Assembly: GCA_965208325.1 (NCBI GenBank)
Contig: OZ242326.1
Location: 4,192,001-4,256,000 of the forward strand
Length of the DNA: 64,000 nt
Origin: Candidatus Poribacteria bacterium
GTDB taxonomy: Bacteria > Poribacteria > WGA-4E > PCPOR2b
Reading direction: 5' to 3'
The notes under the pieces were generated by a model, which did no database searches, was not told the DNA's origin, and saw only the letters and a program-made list of their open reading frames with translations. Position numbers and translations under genes: made by a program. Shown in pieces: positions 11,030 through 21,249 of this stretch. How positions within the stretch are numbered: the stretch's first letter is position 1; each line of letters starts with the position of its first letter.

Positions 11030-11503
11030 GTGAAAGTCGTGGCTGCACCAATCAAAATAATCACTGTTAATCGGAAAGCACGCCACGAGTATCACTTGCA
11101 GGACCGGTTTGAAGCGGGGGTTGTGCTGCAGGGCACGGAGGTAAAATCCATCCGCGCCGGCAACTTCAGCTTGACCGATAGTTACGTGCGGATTCGAGAC
11201 GGCGAGACGTTCCTGATTGATGCGCACATTCCCGCTTACACGCACGGAAACCGCGAAAACCACGAACCGAAGCGGGCGCGCAAGTTGCTTTTGCATCGGC
11301 GTGAAATCAAGAAAATCTCGGAAAAGACGCATTCGTCCGGGATGACAGTTGTGCCGACCAGAGCCTATTTTAGCGGCGGGAACGTCAAGGTTGAAATCGC
11401 GGTGGCGCGCGGCAAACAAGACTACGACAAGCGCGAAGATATGAAAAAGGATGCGGATAGGCGCGCAATCCAATCGTACAAACAGCGGTATTCAGCGCGA
11501 TAG
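11030..11503 (+). CDS. smpB: SsrA-binding protein SmpB
   Basis: NRKARHEY, EAGVVLQGTEVKSIR, RKLLLHRREI and GKQDYDKR motifs. True start may be GTG 11039. Confidence 0.97.
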   Translation: MKVVAAPIKIITVNRKARHEYHLQDRFEAGVVLQGTEVKSIRAGNFSLTDSYVRIRDGETFLIDAHIPAYTHGNRENHEPKRARKLLLHRREIKKISEKTHSSGMTVVPTRAYFSGGNVKVEIAVARGKQDYDKREDMKKDADRRAIQSYKQRYSAR

Positions 11504-11548
11504 CAGTGCAAGAACGGGTTTTGACCGCCGGGTTCTTGCGCACGATTT

Positions 11549-11904
11549 GGGGGTGAAAAGGTTTCGACGGAAGTAGATGAGATGAAGGTTGCATGCCGAG
11601 GTCTCCGCAGGCCTCGTTAAACAGGCGGAACAAACACAACTGCCGATTACGAAGAATTGGCTCTAGCCGCTTAAAGCGGCTACGTTCGGTTTGCCTGCGG
11701 CCCGTCGGGTTAACCGGGCGACGAGATACGGGCTGTGCGATTTGCTTGTTCTTCAGGGGCAACCCGCGAGATTTACTGGGGATAGCTAATGCGAATCCGG
11801 CATAAGGGAGCCGCTGCGGCGAAGAATTTAAACTTATGCTAAGCATGTAGTAGCCTTTGTTGAAATGCCTCCGGACGCGGGTTCGATTCCCGCCACCTCC
11901 ATCA
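11549..11904 (+). ncRNA. ssrA: tmRNA; tag peptide (A)ADYEELALAA
   Basis: 5' GGGGGTG pairs with 3' CACCTCC including a G3-U wobble; GGTTTCGAC and GGGTTCGATTCCC T-arm present; tag ORF at 11642-11674; lies directly after smpB. Confidence 0.96.
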
Positions 11905-12002
11905 CGTTATTTGGTTCGCTAGTTTGGTTGAAGCACACTCATTCTTTGATAGGCTTGGCAACTGTGCAGCCTAGTTTTGGATTTACCATTTGAAAGATTG
12001 TT

Positions 12003-14525
12003 GTGCGTGAATTAGGAAACAACAGTTTCTTGATTAAATGCTGGAGCATGACGTGTGCGGCAATCAAGAGTGCAATTGCGCTCGGATTGATCGTGTGCAC
12101 GATTGGGAGGGTATCCGTTGCCCGCGATCCGGTCGTACCACCGGTCGTCACCTTCGATACCGTGGTCGTGACAGCAACCCGCGTCGAGGAACCGCTGCAG
12201 CAAGTGCCGCTTAGCATCTCGGCGGTGACCGGTGCAGACCTTGAGCAGCGGGCCATCGGGAACCTCACGGAGTTGGCACGCTGGATGCCCGGTTTCGCCG
12301 TGGTAGACCAGGGTGCGCGCGGCAGCAACGCCATCATCGCCCGCGGACTCAACACGGATTCGTTGAGCGGATCGGAGTTCAACGGCAACAACTACAACAA
12401 TAGCGTCGCCACATATCTCGGGGACATCCCCCTAGCGGTTGACCTGCGGCTGCACGACATTGAGCGGGTCGAAGTGCTACTCGGACCGCAAGGGACGCTG
12501 TACGGCGCCGGCACGCTAGCAGGGGCGGTTCGCTACCTGCCGCGCCGGCCCGACACCGGGCGGCGCACGTTCGAGGGACGCGGCGACCTGTTCGCCCTGG
12601 CGCACGGCGGCGTGCCCGGCTCGGATGCCGGTGTCACGTTCAACCTGCCGCTGGTTTCGCGCAAACTAGCACTACGCGGCTCGGTCGACTACTACGTCGA
12701 CCCCGGATTCATAGACTACGACTATCTGTTGCGCACGCCCGGCGTCTCCGAGCCGGAACCGGACCTGAGCGACCCCGGCGCGGTAGAAGCAAACCTGCGC
12801 AGCGAGCCGGATGCCAACACCGAGGAGACGGTTGCGTCGCGTCTCTCGCTGTTATGGGAGGCGACCGCGGAGCTGTCGGCTCTTTTCACCTACCATCTAC
12901 AGGATCAGCGGGTCGGCGCGCGCCAGATCAACCATGTCAAGTCGTTCGACACCGGCCGCTACGTCGCGGCGCATCGCTACCTTGAGCCAAACGATCGCAG
13001 GAACCAGTTGTGGAGTTTGGAACTGACCTGGACGCCGGATTGGGCGGAGTTGACCACCGCGGTCGGCTACTCCCGTTTTACGGAGGAGGGTCAGCGCGAC
13101 CAAACCGACCTGCTGATCCAGGCCTTCGGCATCAAGGGGCTGCTGCCGGCGGAGTTCCCGGCGTTAGCGCAGGCTCAGGCGTTGGATCCGAACGTCTCTG
13201 CCACCGACCTGACGGCGCAGTTCCGGTCTTTCTCGGCGTACACGCATGAAGACTCCTGGGAGGAGCGTTTCAACTGGGAGACGCGGCTAGTCTCGACGGG
13301 CGATGGACCGTGGCGCTGGGTCGGCGGCGTCTTTTTCAACAACTACGACAGTAGCGGGACGAGCTTTGAATTCACGCCCGGGCTGACGGAATTTTCGGGC
13401 ATCACGCCCGTCCGGGGAGGTGTGCCGGAATCCGAACCGGTCGAGTACTACAGCGTCGACAGCCAGTCAGTAGGAGAGCGCGCCCTGTTCGGGGAAATCT
13501 CGCGCGACCTGGGCGAGCGCTTGCAAGTAACGGTCGGCGGCCGCTGGTTTGGCTACCTCATCGACACCGGCAGCCTGACCGAGTTTCCCTATACACCGCT
13601 GTACAATTCGCCGTTCACCGCCTTCGAGTCCGACGACCGCGGGGTGCTGCTCAAGGCAAGCGTCAGCCACCGTTTCGACGACCAGACGAGCGCCTACTTT
13701 ACCCGATCGGAAGGCTACCGCATCGGCGGCGGCAACAACTTCCGCGTCTGCAGCGACGAGGAGATTGCGCTGCTCAGCGACGCGAATCCCGACAACGACC
13801 CGCCGCAATCCGGCTGCATCTACGAGGACCAGGCTCTGATTAAGCCCGACAGGACGACCAACTACGAGGTGGGTTTGCGGCGCTCGTGGAGCAACAGGCG
13901 TTTCCTTGCCAGCGGTACGCTGTTCCACGTGGACTGGACGGACATTCAAGTCGCGGGCGAGACGCCTTTCAGCGCGCAGCCGATTATTCTGAACGGCGCC
14001 GCGGCCATAAGCCGCGGCGTGGAGGTCTCCGGTGCCGCCGCGCTGTCGAGTGCGCTGCTCCTGCGCGGGAATTGGTCGTACACGCACGCGGAGCTGAGTC
14101 AGGATTCGCCAGGTCTGCTCGCTGACGGCGCCGACACCTTCAAGGGCGACCGCCTGCCGGGCGCGCCGCGGCAGCAAGGCAGCCTGCTGGCATCCTACGG
14201 CGTGCAGCTAGGCGGGGGGACTACGCTGGATCTGCTGTACGGCTACACCTACGTTGGCGACGTGCTCACGCGAATCGGTCTGCGCGCCGGCGGCGAAGTG
14301 CTGCCGGCGTACGACCTCCACAACTTATCGGCGGCAGTCTTGGTGGACGGCTGGACGCTTACGTTCTACGCCGACAACTTGTTCGACAAGTACGCCGTAA
14401 CCGGCGTGCGCCAGACGCCTGACCAGATTGGTACCACGGAGGACGGTTTCCGTGCACGCCGCTACTTCGCCAACGTGCTGACCCCGCGGCGAGTGGGTGC
14501 GCGCATCCGCTACTCGTTTCAGTAA
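12003..14525 (+). CDS. TonB-dependent receptor
   Basis: DTVVVTATR TonB-box region, plug motif DIERVEVLLGPQGTLYG, NYEVG, and a C-terminal PRRVGARIRYSF beta-strand. Start uncertain. Confidence 0.93.
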   Translation: MRELGNNSFLIKCWSMTCAAIKSAIALGLIVCTIGRVSVARDPVVPPVVTFDTVVVTATRVEEPLQQVPLSISAVTGADLEQRAIGNLTELARWMPGFAVVDQGARGSNAIIARGLNTDSLSGSEFNGNNYNNSVATYLGDIPLAVDLRLHDIERVEVLLGPQGTLYGAGTLAGAVRYLPRRPDTGRRTFEGRGDLFALAHGGVPGSDAGVTFNLPLVSRKLALRGSVDYYVDPGFIDYDYLLRTPGVSEPEPDLSDPGAVEANLRSEPDANTEETVASRLSLLWEATAELSALFTYHLQDQRVGARQINHVKSFDTGRYVAAHRYLEPNDRRNQLWSLELTWTPDWAELTTAVGYSRFTEEGQRDQTDLLIQAFGIKGLLPAEFPALAQAQALDPNVSATDLTAQFRSFSAYTHEDSWEERFNWETRLVSTGDGPWRWVGGVFFNNYDSSGTSFEFTPGLTEFSGITPVRGGVPESEPVEYYSVDSQSVGERALFGEISRDLGERLQVTVGGRWFGYLIDTGSLTEFPYTPLYNSPFTAFESDDRGVLLKASVSHRFDDQTSAYFTRSEGYRIGGGNNFRVCSDEEIALLSDANPDNDPPQSGCIYEDQALIKPDRTTNYEVGLRRSWSNRRFLASGTLFHVDWTDIQVAGETPFSAQPIILNGAAAISRGVEVSGAAALSSALLLRGNWSYTHAELSQDSPGLLADGADTFKGDRLPGAPRQQGSLLASYGVQLGGGTTLDLLYGYTYVGDVLTRIGLRAGGEVLPAYDLHNLSAAVLVDGWTLTFYADNLFDKYAVTGVRQTPDQIGTTEDGFRARRYFANVLTPRRVGARIRYSFQ

Positions 14526-14529
14526 ATCT

Positions 14530-14875
14530 TGGGCGATCAACTGAGCGAATAGCGAAGGCGATAGTCTTGTCTTAATTGTGAGACGTTTCGGTTGCCGGTT
14601 GTCGGTCGGAACGATAAATACGATTTGAATGGAAAAAACAAGAGGGTTGTTTGGAATTCGGGAGGTGTTGGTGTTTGAAAGTCGTTTTGGTTTCCGGAGG
14701 TTACAAAAGCGTTGGGTTTCGCTCCAATCATCGAATTTTGTACGCGGTTAGGTTGACGGTGCGGTAAGTTTTGATGGACGGTTATTGGATGAATCCGCTC
14801 TACCCAACCTACAAAAACTGGTGCGATCAAAAAACCGAGTTTTGAAGAAAAAACTCGGTTTTAAGTGAAGGTTGC
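14530..14875. repeat. Modular repeat cluster
   Basis: GATCAAC..GAATAGCGAAGGCGATAGTCTT module, a fixed-core element at 14711-14811, and an AAACCGAGTTTT-GAAGA-AAAACTCGGTTT hairpin. Confidence 0.9.
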
Positions 14876-14911
14876 GGTTCGGAATTCGTTCGTACCTAAG
14901 TTAAGGGGATT

Positions 14912-15307
14912 TTGGCTAAGATGGCTGAGTTTCAACGCTTGCCATCTCGAATTCGTGATACGGTCACATCGGAAATTGGTGCGGATGAGCAAATCGAGTT
15001 ATGTTTGCTCGGCAGATCGAATTTCCTAAGCCCGGATTTTGTTGTCATCACTTCACATCGGTTGTTGGTGCTCGAAGAACGCAGTATGGGGAGCTTGGGG
15101 GCGTCCTACACCAACATTCGGTGCAACCTTGTGTTTTCCGAAATTTCGGCGGTAAAGCTGAGCCGTCGTTGGAAACACCGACTGTTACGCCAAGCCTGCG
15201 TCGAAATTGATAAACGTAACAGCGATAGATATCTCATCAATCGTGTGAGTCTGCGTGAAGCCAAACTGGCGCTCGAATTGATTTCCACACAGATTCAGCC
15301 GGATTGA
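14912..15307 (+). CDS. Bacterial PH-domain-like protein
   Basis: 131 aa with FVVITSHRLLV and FSEISAV patterns typical of bPH domains. Confidence 0.55.
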   Translation: MAKMAEFQRLPSRIRDTVTSEIGADEQIELCLLGRSNFLSPDFVVITSHRLLVLEERSMGSLGASYTNIRCNLVFSEISAVKLSRRWKHRLLRQACVEIDKRNSDRYLINRVSLREAKLALELISTQIQPD

Positions 15308-15361
15308 GAATGGGGCTTGCCCCCCAGATGCGCACCGCATTTCAGGTATGAGATATTAATC

Positions 15362-16042
15362 ATGTTGGAATTTCTCGTTGAACTCACCCATTGGTATAAC
15401 CTGTTGTTCGTGCTGCCCGTCCTCGCCGCGCTCATTTATCTATTCTTGCACACCATGACAGCCTCTGACATCGGCGGTTTAGAGGCAGGATTCGGGGATT
15501 TGAGTGTCATAGCGGCAGAGCGGCTGCCCACGGTGCAAGAACGCACGGTATTGGTTCGCTTCTTCACGTTTCTGAATGCGGGCCGCCTCCCGCCATTAAT
15601 GGTTGTTGCGCCCTTTTTTCTTTGCTGGGGATTTATCGGGTTCGTTTGTAATCACTGGTTCGTCCCGTTGTTCGAGGGCATGGTGTTGCTAGCCGTGCTG
15701 GTTTCAGCGTTGACGGCTTTCGTCCTCAGCAGCCTGGTGACGCGGTTGTTGTCGCAAGTCATCGCCTTCGTTTTCCCGACCGCTCAAGCGGCTGAAATCC
15801 AGCGAACCGATCTGGTGGGAACGGTTGCGACGGTTACGAGCATTGACGTGAACGCGGATTTTGGTATGGCGCGCACGGAAGACGTTCCTTTCAACGTGAC
15901 GATATTCTGCCGGGTTGACGAAGGGGAGGCGCGTATTAAGCAGGGCCAGCGAGTTGTATTGTGGGATTATGACCCGCAGATGAATTGCTATAAGGTGCAG
16001 GAATTTAACGAGGATGGATTGGAGGACGATCGGGGAGGTTAG
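15362..16042 (+). CDS. YqiJ/DUF1449-like (NfeD-type OB-fold) membrane protein
   Basis: N-terminal TM helix, LNAGRLPP, further TM helices, and a C-terminal DLVGTVATV...IKQGQRVVL OB-fold pattern. Confidence 0.65.
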   Translation: MLEFLVELTHWYNLLFVLPVLAALIYLFLHTMTASDIGGLEAGFGDLSVIAAERLPTVQERTVLVRFFTFLNAGRLPPLMVVAPFFLCWGFIGFVCNHWFVPLFEGMVLLAVLVSALTAFVLSSLVTRLLSQVIAFVFPTAQAAEIQRTDLVGTVATVTSIDVNADFGMARTEDVPFNVTIFCRVDEGEARIKQGQRVVLWDYDPQMNCYKVQEFNEDGLEDDRGG

Positions 16043-16049
16043 GGCGAGG

Positions 16050-16330
16050 GAGGCTGTCTTAACTGTGGCTTTTGTAATTGAATGATGGGGTGTGATTAAG
16101 TGAACGTAGCGTTGTTGTAACCCCCCTCAGTCCCCCCTTGGTAAGGGGGGAGGCGAAAGAGATGCCCCGTTGGTAAGGGGGGAGGATACATGTGCCCTCT
16201 ATTATGAAGAAACCGAGTTTTGAAGAAAAAACTCGGTTTCAAATTAGGGTCGCGATACGGAGATTGTTCCTACAGGAGACAGTGTTGCGTTTAAGAAACG
16301 GATTATTGAAGAAAAATTCGGGTTCAAATA
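16050..16330. repeat. Modular repeat cluster
   Basis: Degenerate CTGAACTGTG module, CCCCCCTTGGTAAGGGGGG hairpin and two AAACCGAG-type hairpins. Confidence 0.85.
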
Positions 16331-16421
16331 CTGAATTACTGCTTGCCTTCTGCACGGTAAAACATTTATAATACAAAGCGCATCGTCGGTGGACATAATA
16401 AAATTACACGGAGGAGCAACC

Positions 16422-16928
16422 ATGGTAGAGGTAGAAGTTGCACTCATTACTGTTGATACGAGAGTAAACATGCCGATAGTCCTTCTGAAAGAGAAGGAAG
16501 GCAGTCCGAAGCGGGTATTGCCAATCTGGATTGGACAAGCGGAAGCTACGGCGATCCAATTAAAACTTAAGAACGCGCCCAGTACCCCCCGCCCAATGAC
16601 GCACGATTTGATGAAGAACCTCATTGAAAGCCTTGATGCTCGGGTTGATTCGATTTTTGTTCATTCAGTGATTGCATCGGAGGGCGAAGGCGGCACATAC
16701 TTGGGCCAGATTAACCTTGAGGTGGCTGGTAAGAAAATCGAGGTCGATTCCCGTCCGAGCGACGCAATCGCGCTCGCATTAAGGCTCGAAGCGCCCATTC
16801 ATGTTGCCGACCAGATTCTGGAAGATAACGGATTTTCCGAAGACGAATTAAAAGATTCGGGCAAGGAAGCCGCGAAGAGCGCCCTTGAGAATTTGGACGA
16901 GGACGCGTTGGGGCGGTACAGTGTGTAG
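16422..16928 (+). CDS. Bifunctional nuclease family protein (DUF151/BFN)
   Basis: LPIWIGQAEA, RPMTHDL and DSRPSDAIALA motifs; GGAGGA RBS. Confidence 0.92.
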   Translation: MVEVEVALITVDTRVNMPIVLLKEKEGSPKRVLPIWIGQAEATAIQLKLKNAPSTPRPMTHDLMKNLIESLDARVDSIFVHSVIASEGEGGTYLGQINLEVAGKKIEVDSRPSDAIALALRLEAPIHVADQILEDNGFSEDELKDSGKEAAKSALENLDEDALGRYSV

Positions 16929-17108
16929 CCGTAGCGTTTGGCAAGCGTAATCGCTGAATATTTACGGTCTAATTGATTTAATCAGTTACCTATCTACGTA
17001 TCATGCAGTTTTTTTACCGTTGATATGGTTTGAGGTTAGCCGCCGCCGTGTTGTGGGCCGACGGCATGTGTATGCGAAACCCCTATCTTTGGCAAGGTGG
17101 AAATTCGG

Positions 17109-17294
17109 ATGAAAGTCCTCAGAAATGTCGCGTTATTGGTGTTAATCTTGGTGCTTGTCTATATAGCGCTAGAAATAATAACGACGTTTGTCTTCCCGTT
17201 AATCGCTTGGGTCATTAACATCGTCATTACGCTGGTGCTGCTTGTTGCGATTGGCGTTGCGCTTGTTTATTTGTACCGAAAACTTAAGGCGTAG
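17109..17294 (+). CDS. Small two-TM membrane protein
   Basis: 61-aa hydrophobic ORF with a basic C-terminus, followed by a terminator. Confidence 0.6.
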   Translation: MKVLRNVALLVLILVLVYIALEIITTFVFPLIAWVINIVITLVLLVAIGVALVYLYRKLKA

Positions 17295-17383
17295 CGGGTA
17301 GTTGGACGGATGCCGGTTCGGTTCGGAAGCCGTATCTGCCGGTGGTGTGAAATAATTTGTTTCGTTGAGATTTGGGGATATTG

Positions 17384-17421
17384 AGCCGAGGGAGCGTGGT
17401 TTGCGCTACTCGGCTTTTTTT
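17384..17421 (+). terminator. Rho-independent terminator
   Basis: AGCCGAG...CTCGGCT stem followed by T7. Confidence 0.65.
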
Positions 17422-17449
17422 GTGTTGTTTGGGGGGAGTTATGGAGGAA

Positions 17450-19146
17450 AAATGCGCGGCAAGATGCCGCGCCTACGGCGTGTGGTGTGGGGCGAGGTGC
17501 GGTACGTGCGGTTGATGTAAGCGCGGCAAGATGGTGCGCCTACACATCCCACCCGTAGGCGCGGCGTCCCGCCGCGCGAATTTTTTAGGTGCGGCAAATT
17601 ACGTTGCAAACGTTGGATTTGTGCGGGGTGTGTCAATGTTGAAGAAACCGAGTTTTGAAGAAAAAACTCGGTTTAGAATGCGGGTTGAGATGCGGTACGT
17701 GCGGGTTGATATGAGCGCGGCAAGATGGTGCGCCTACACATCCCACCCGTAGGCGCGGCGTCCCGCCGCGCGAATTTTTTAGGTGCGGCAAATTACGTTG
17801 CAAACGGTGGATGTGTGTGGGGTGTGTCAATGTTGAAGAAACCGAGTTTTGAAGAAAAAACTCGGTTTGAAATGCGGGTTGAGGTGCGGTACGTGCGGTT
17901 GATGTAAGCGCGGCAAGATGGTGCGCCTACACATCCCACCCCGTAGGCGCGGCGTCTCGCCGCGCGTATTTCTTATGTGCGGCAAATTGCGTTGCAAACG
18001 GTAGATATGTGTGGGGTGTGTCAATGTTGAAGAAACCGAGTTTTGAAGAAAAAACACGGTTTCAAATGCGGGTTGAGATTCGGCGTGTGTGGTTGACATA
18101 AGCGCGGCAAGATGCCGCGCCTACGGCGGGGGTGTGGGTTGAGATTCGGCGTGTGCGGTTGACATAAGCGCGGCAAGATGCCGCGCCTACGGGGGAAGGG
18201 TGTAGGTGTGGCGTCATGGCGCGCGTATTTCTTATGTGCGGCAAATTGCGTTGCAAACGGTAGATATGTGTGGGGTGTGTCAATGTTGAAGAAACCGAGT
18301 TTTGAAGAAAAAACTCGGTTTGAAGTGAGGGTTGAGATTCGGCGTGTGTGGTTGACATAAGCGCGGCAAGATGGTGTGCCTACACATCCCACCCCGTAGG
18401 CGCGGCGTCTCGCCGCGCGTATTTCTTAGGTGCGGCAAATTGCGTTGCAAACGGTAGATATGTGTGGGGTGTGTCAATGTTGAAGAAACCGAGTTTTGAA
18501 GAAAAAACACGGTTTCAAATGCGGGTTGAGATTCGGCGTGTGCGGGTTGATGTAAGCGCGGCAAGATGGTGCGCCTACACATCCCACCCCGTAGGCGCGG
18601 CGTCTCGCCGCGCGTATTTCCTGGGTGCGGCAGATTGCGTTGCAAACGGTAGATATGTGTGGGGTGTGTCAATGTTGAAGAAACCGAGTTTTGAAGAAAA
18701 AACTCGGTTTGAAGTGAGGGTTGAGATTCGGCGTGTGTGGTTGACATAAGCGCGGCAAGATGGTGTGCCTACACATCCCACCCCGTAGGCGCGGCGTCTC
18801 GCCGCGCAAATTTCCTGCGTGTGGGAAGTTGCGTTGCAAACGGTAGATATGTGTGGGGTGTGTCAATGTTGAAGAAACCGAGTTTTGAAGAAAAAACTCG
18901 GTTTGAAATGCGGGTTGAGGTGCGGTGTGTGCGGTTGAAATGAGCGCGGCAAGATGCCGCGCCTACGGCGGGGGTGAGGGTTGAGATTCGGTGTGTGCGG
19001 TTGAAATGAGCGCGGCAAGATGGTGCGCCTACGGGTGGTGTGGGGCGAGACGGCGCGGGTATGGTGGGTGGGGGTTACGGCGTGCGGTGGTGTGTGTAGT
19101 GCGATTTTGAAGAAGATTACGGCACACGGAGTGTGCCTATTACTTT
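17450..19146. repeat. Tandem array of seven ~194-bp units carrying GTAG-footed hairpins
   Basis: GAAGAAACCGAG anchors at about 17641, 17835, 18029, 18288, 18482, 18677 and 18871. Confidence 0.95.
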
Positions 19147-19156
19147 GATTTTTTGT

Positions 19157-19185
19157 TTGATTCTCGAATGATTATCTGTTACAAT
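19157..19185 (+). promoter_or_regulatory. Sigma70-type promoter for CBS genes
   Basis: TTGATT-17 nt-TACAAT with TGn. Confidence 0.55.
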
Positions 19186-19294
19186 CGTGATGTTTGCGAA
19201 TTGGATTCTCGGACATCAATTTGGTTTTACGCAGATAGGTATGCGCATGCCCGATAAATTTGCCGTCCTACCCGCCGATGAAGGGAGGCAGTAA

Positions 19295-19726
19295 ATGGAC
19301 GCACGAACACTATCGTCACCCATTCACACGCTGAATCTGAATGAACCTTGTTATGTGGACCTCGGCACTCCTGTACTGGAGGTAATCAACCTCATGCAGG
19401 AGGGTCAATTTGGGTGTGTGCTGGTTGTCGATAACCGCGACCAACTTGTCGGCATCGTCACCGAGCGTGATTTTCTTGTCAAAATCATGGGTAAGCAGAT
19501 TGATCCGGCGGATGTGATTGTGGATGCGATAATGACGCCGTCGCCGGAATGCTTGCGTCCGACCGATACCGTTGCATTTGCCTTGAACCTCATGCAGTTA
19601 GGGCACTACCGGCATATTCCACTAGTGATTCGCGATGACAAAGACAAATATCCCGTAAGTGTTGTGTCGATTAAGGACATCCTGAACCATGTTGCCGCGT
19701 TTTTGGAGACAGGTAAGGAGGAATAG
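19295..19726 (+). CDS. CBS-domain pair protein
   Basis: GCVLVVD...GIVTERD, IMTPSP and GHYRHIPLV motifs. Confidence 0.92.
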   Translation: MDARTLSSPIHTLNLNEPCYVDLGTPVLEVINLMQEGQFGCVLVVDNRDQLVGIVTERDFLVKIMGKQIDPADVIVDAIMTPSPECLRPTDTVAFALNLMQLGHYRHIPLVIRDDKDKYPVSVVSIKDILNHVAAFLETGKEE

Positions 19727-19729
19727 CAT

Positions 19730-20269
19730 ATGCTTTACGAGGAAATGGTTGACGAAGAGCTGGCGATTATGGATGAAGAGCCCGAAGAACCCTCAAAAAC
19801 TTTGAGTCCGCCGGCAATTCAGGTGCCGCTAAGTTCTCTGATGCGTTCGCCCGTTACCATTGAGATGGGGGCTAGTGTACAAGAGGCGATTAATCTGATG
19901 ATTGAGAATCGGGTCGGTGCTATCCTCGTCGTATCCGATGGGGTGCTCAAGGGCATTTTCGGTGAACGCGATGTACTTCTGAAAATTTTGAACAAACCGG
20001 TGGGGGATGTATCGGAGATTCCGGTCGAGAATTTTATGAAATTTGATCCGCATACGGCGCGGGTAGAGGATTCGCTCGACACGGCGGTATTTCATATGGC
20101 GCGGGGCGGATTCCGCCATATCCCGGTCGTAAATGAGTTGAACCAACCGGTTGGGATGGTTTCGACACGGCATATTGTGTCGTATATAATTGATCATTAC
20201 CCGCAAGAGGTGTTGACGTTGCCGCCGGAGCCGGTTCGGAAGGCGATGCAGGCGAGGGAAGGGGCGTAG
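19730..20269 (+). CDS. CBS-domain pair protein
   Basis: GAILVV...GIFGERD and GGFRHIPVV motifs; acidic N-terminus. Confidence 0.92.
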   Translation: MLYEEMVDEELAIMDEEPEEPSKTLSPPAIQVPLSSLMRSPVTIEMGASVQEAINLMIENRVGAILVVSDGVLKGIFGERDVLLKILNKPVGDVSEIPVENFMKFDPHTARVEDSLDTAVFHMARGGFRHIPVVNELNQPVGMVSTRHIVSYIIDHYPQEVLTLPPEPVRKAMQAREGA

Positions 20270-21125
20270 GATATGTGTGAAGGGTGTGGCAATGTTGAAG
20301 AAACCGAGTTTTGAAGAAAAAACACGGTTTGAAGTGTGGGTTGAGATTCGGCGCGTGCGGTTGATGTAAGCGCGGCAAGATGCCGCGCCTACACATCCCA
20401 CCCCGTAGGCGCGGCGTCTCGCCGCGCGTATTTCTTAGGTGCGGCAAATTACGTTGCAAACGGTGGATGTGTGTGAGGGGTGTGGTAATGTTGAAGAAAC
20501 CGAGTTTTGAAGAAAAAACACGGTTTAGAATGCGGGTTGAGATTGGGTGTGTGCGGTTGATGTAAGCGCGGCAAGATGCCGCGCCTACGGGTGGTGTGGG
20601 TTGAGATTCGGTGTGTGCGGTTGAAATGAGCGCGGCAAGATGCCGCGCCTACGGGGGGGTGTGGGTCGAGATTCGGTGTGTGCGGTTGAAATGAGCACGG
20701 CAAGATGCCGCGCCTACGGCGGGGGTGTGGGTTGAGATTCGGTGTGTGCGGGTTGAAATAAGCGCGGCAAGATGCCGCGCCTACGGGGGGGTGTGGGTCG
20801 AGATTCGGCGTGTGCGGTTGAAATGAGCGCGGCAAGATGCCGCGCCTACGGGAGGGTGTGGGTCGAGATTGGGTGTGTGCGGTTGATATGAGCGCGGCAA
20901 GATGCCGCGCCTACGGCGGGGGTGTGGGTTGAGATTCGGTGCGTGCGGTTGACATAAGCGCAGCAAGATGCCGCGCCTACGGCGGGGGTGTGGGTTGAGA
21001 TTCGGTGCGTGCGGTTGAAATAAGCGCGGCAAGATGCCGCGCCTACGGCGGGGGTGTGGGTCGAGATTCGGTGTGTGCGGTTGATGTAAGCGCGGCAAGA
21101 TGCCGCGCCTACGGCGGGGGTGTGG
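20270..21125. repeat. Two ~196-bp units plus nine tandem 64-67-bp units with a GCGCGGCAAGATGCCGCGCCTAC hairpin
   Basis: Hairpin starts at 20566, 20630, 20695, 20762, 20827, 20892, 20958, 21024 and 21090. Confidence 0.95.
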
Positions 21126-21249
21126 GCGCGGTGAGATGGGGCGGGTACGGTGAAATTTAGATGAAACCGATGCACGGTAAAATACGTGTTAATCATGGAA
21201 TCCATATACGCAGATTGCGGTTGAATGAATAGAGAGAAGGACAGATGTA

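Noticed and set aside
11593..11846. ORFs overlapping ssrA
   Set aside because: The region is tmRNA; only the tag peptide frame is meaningful.
11905..14900. Intact integrative element at ssrA
   Set aside because: No integrase and no att duplication seen.
20540..21125. CRISPR-like array (25-nt palindromic repeat with ~40-nt spacers)
   Set aside because: Spacers are near-identical to one another, the repeat is a dispersed GTAG-footed hairpin, and no cas genes are present.
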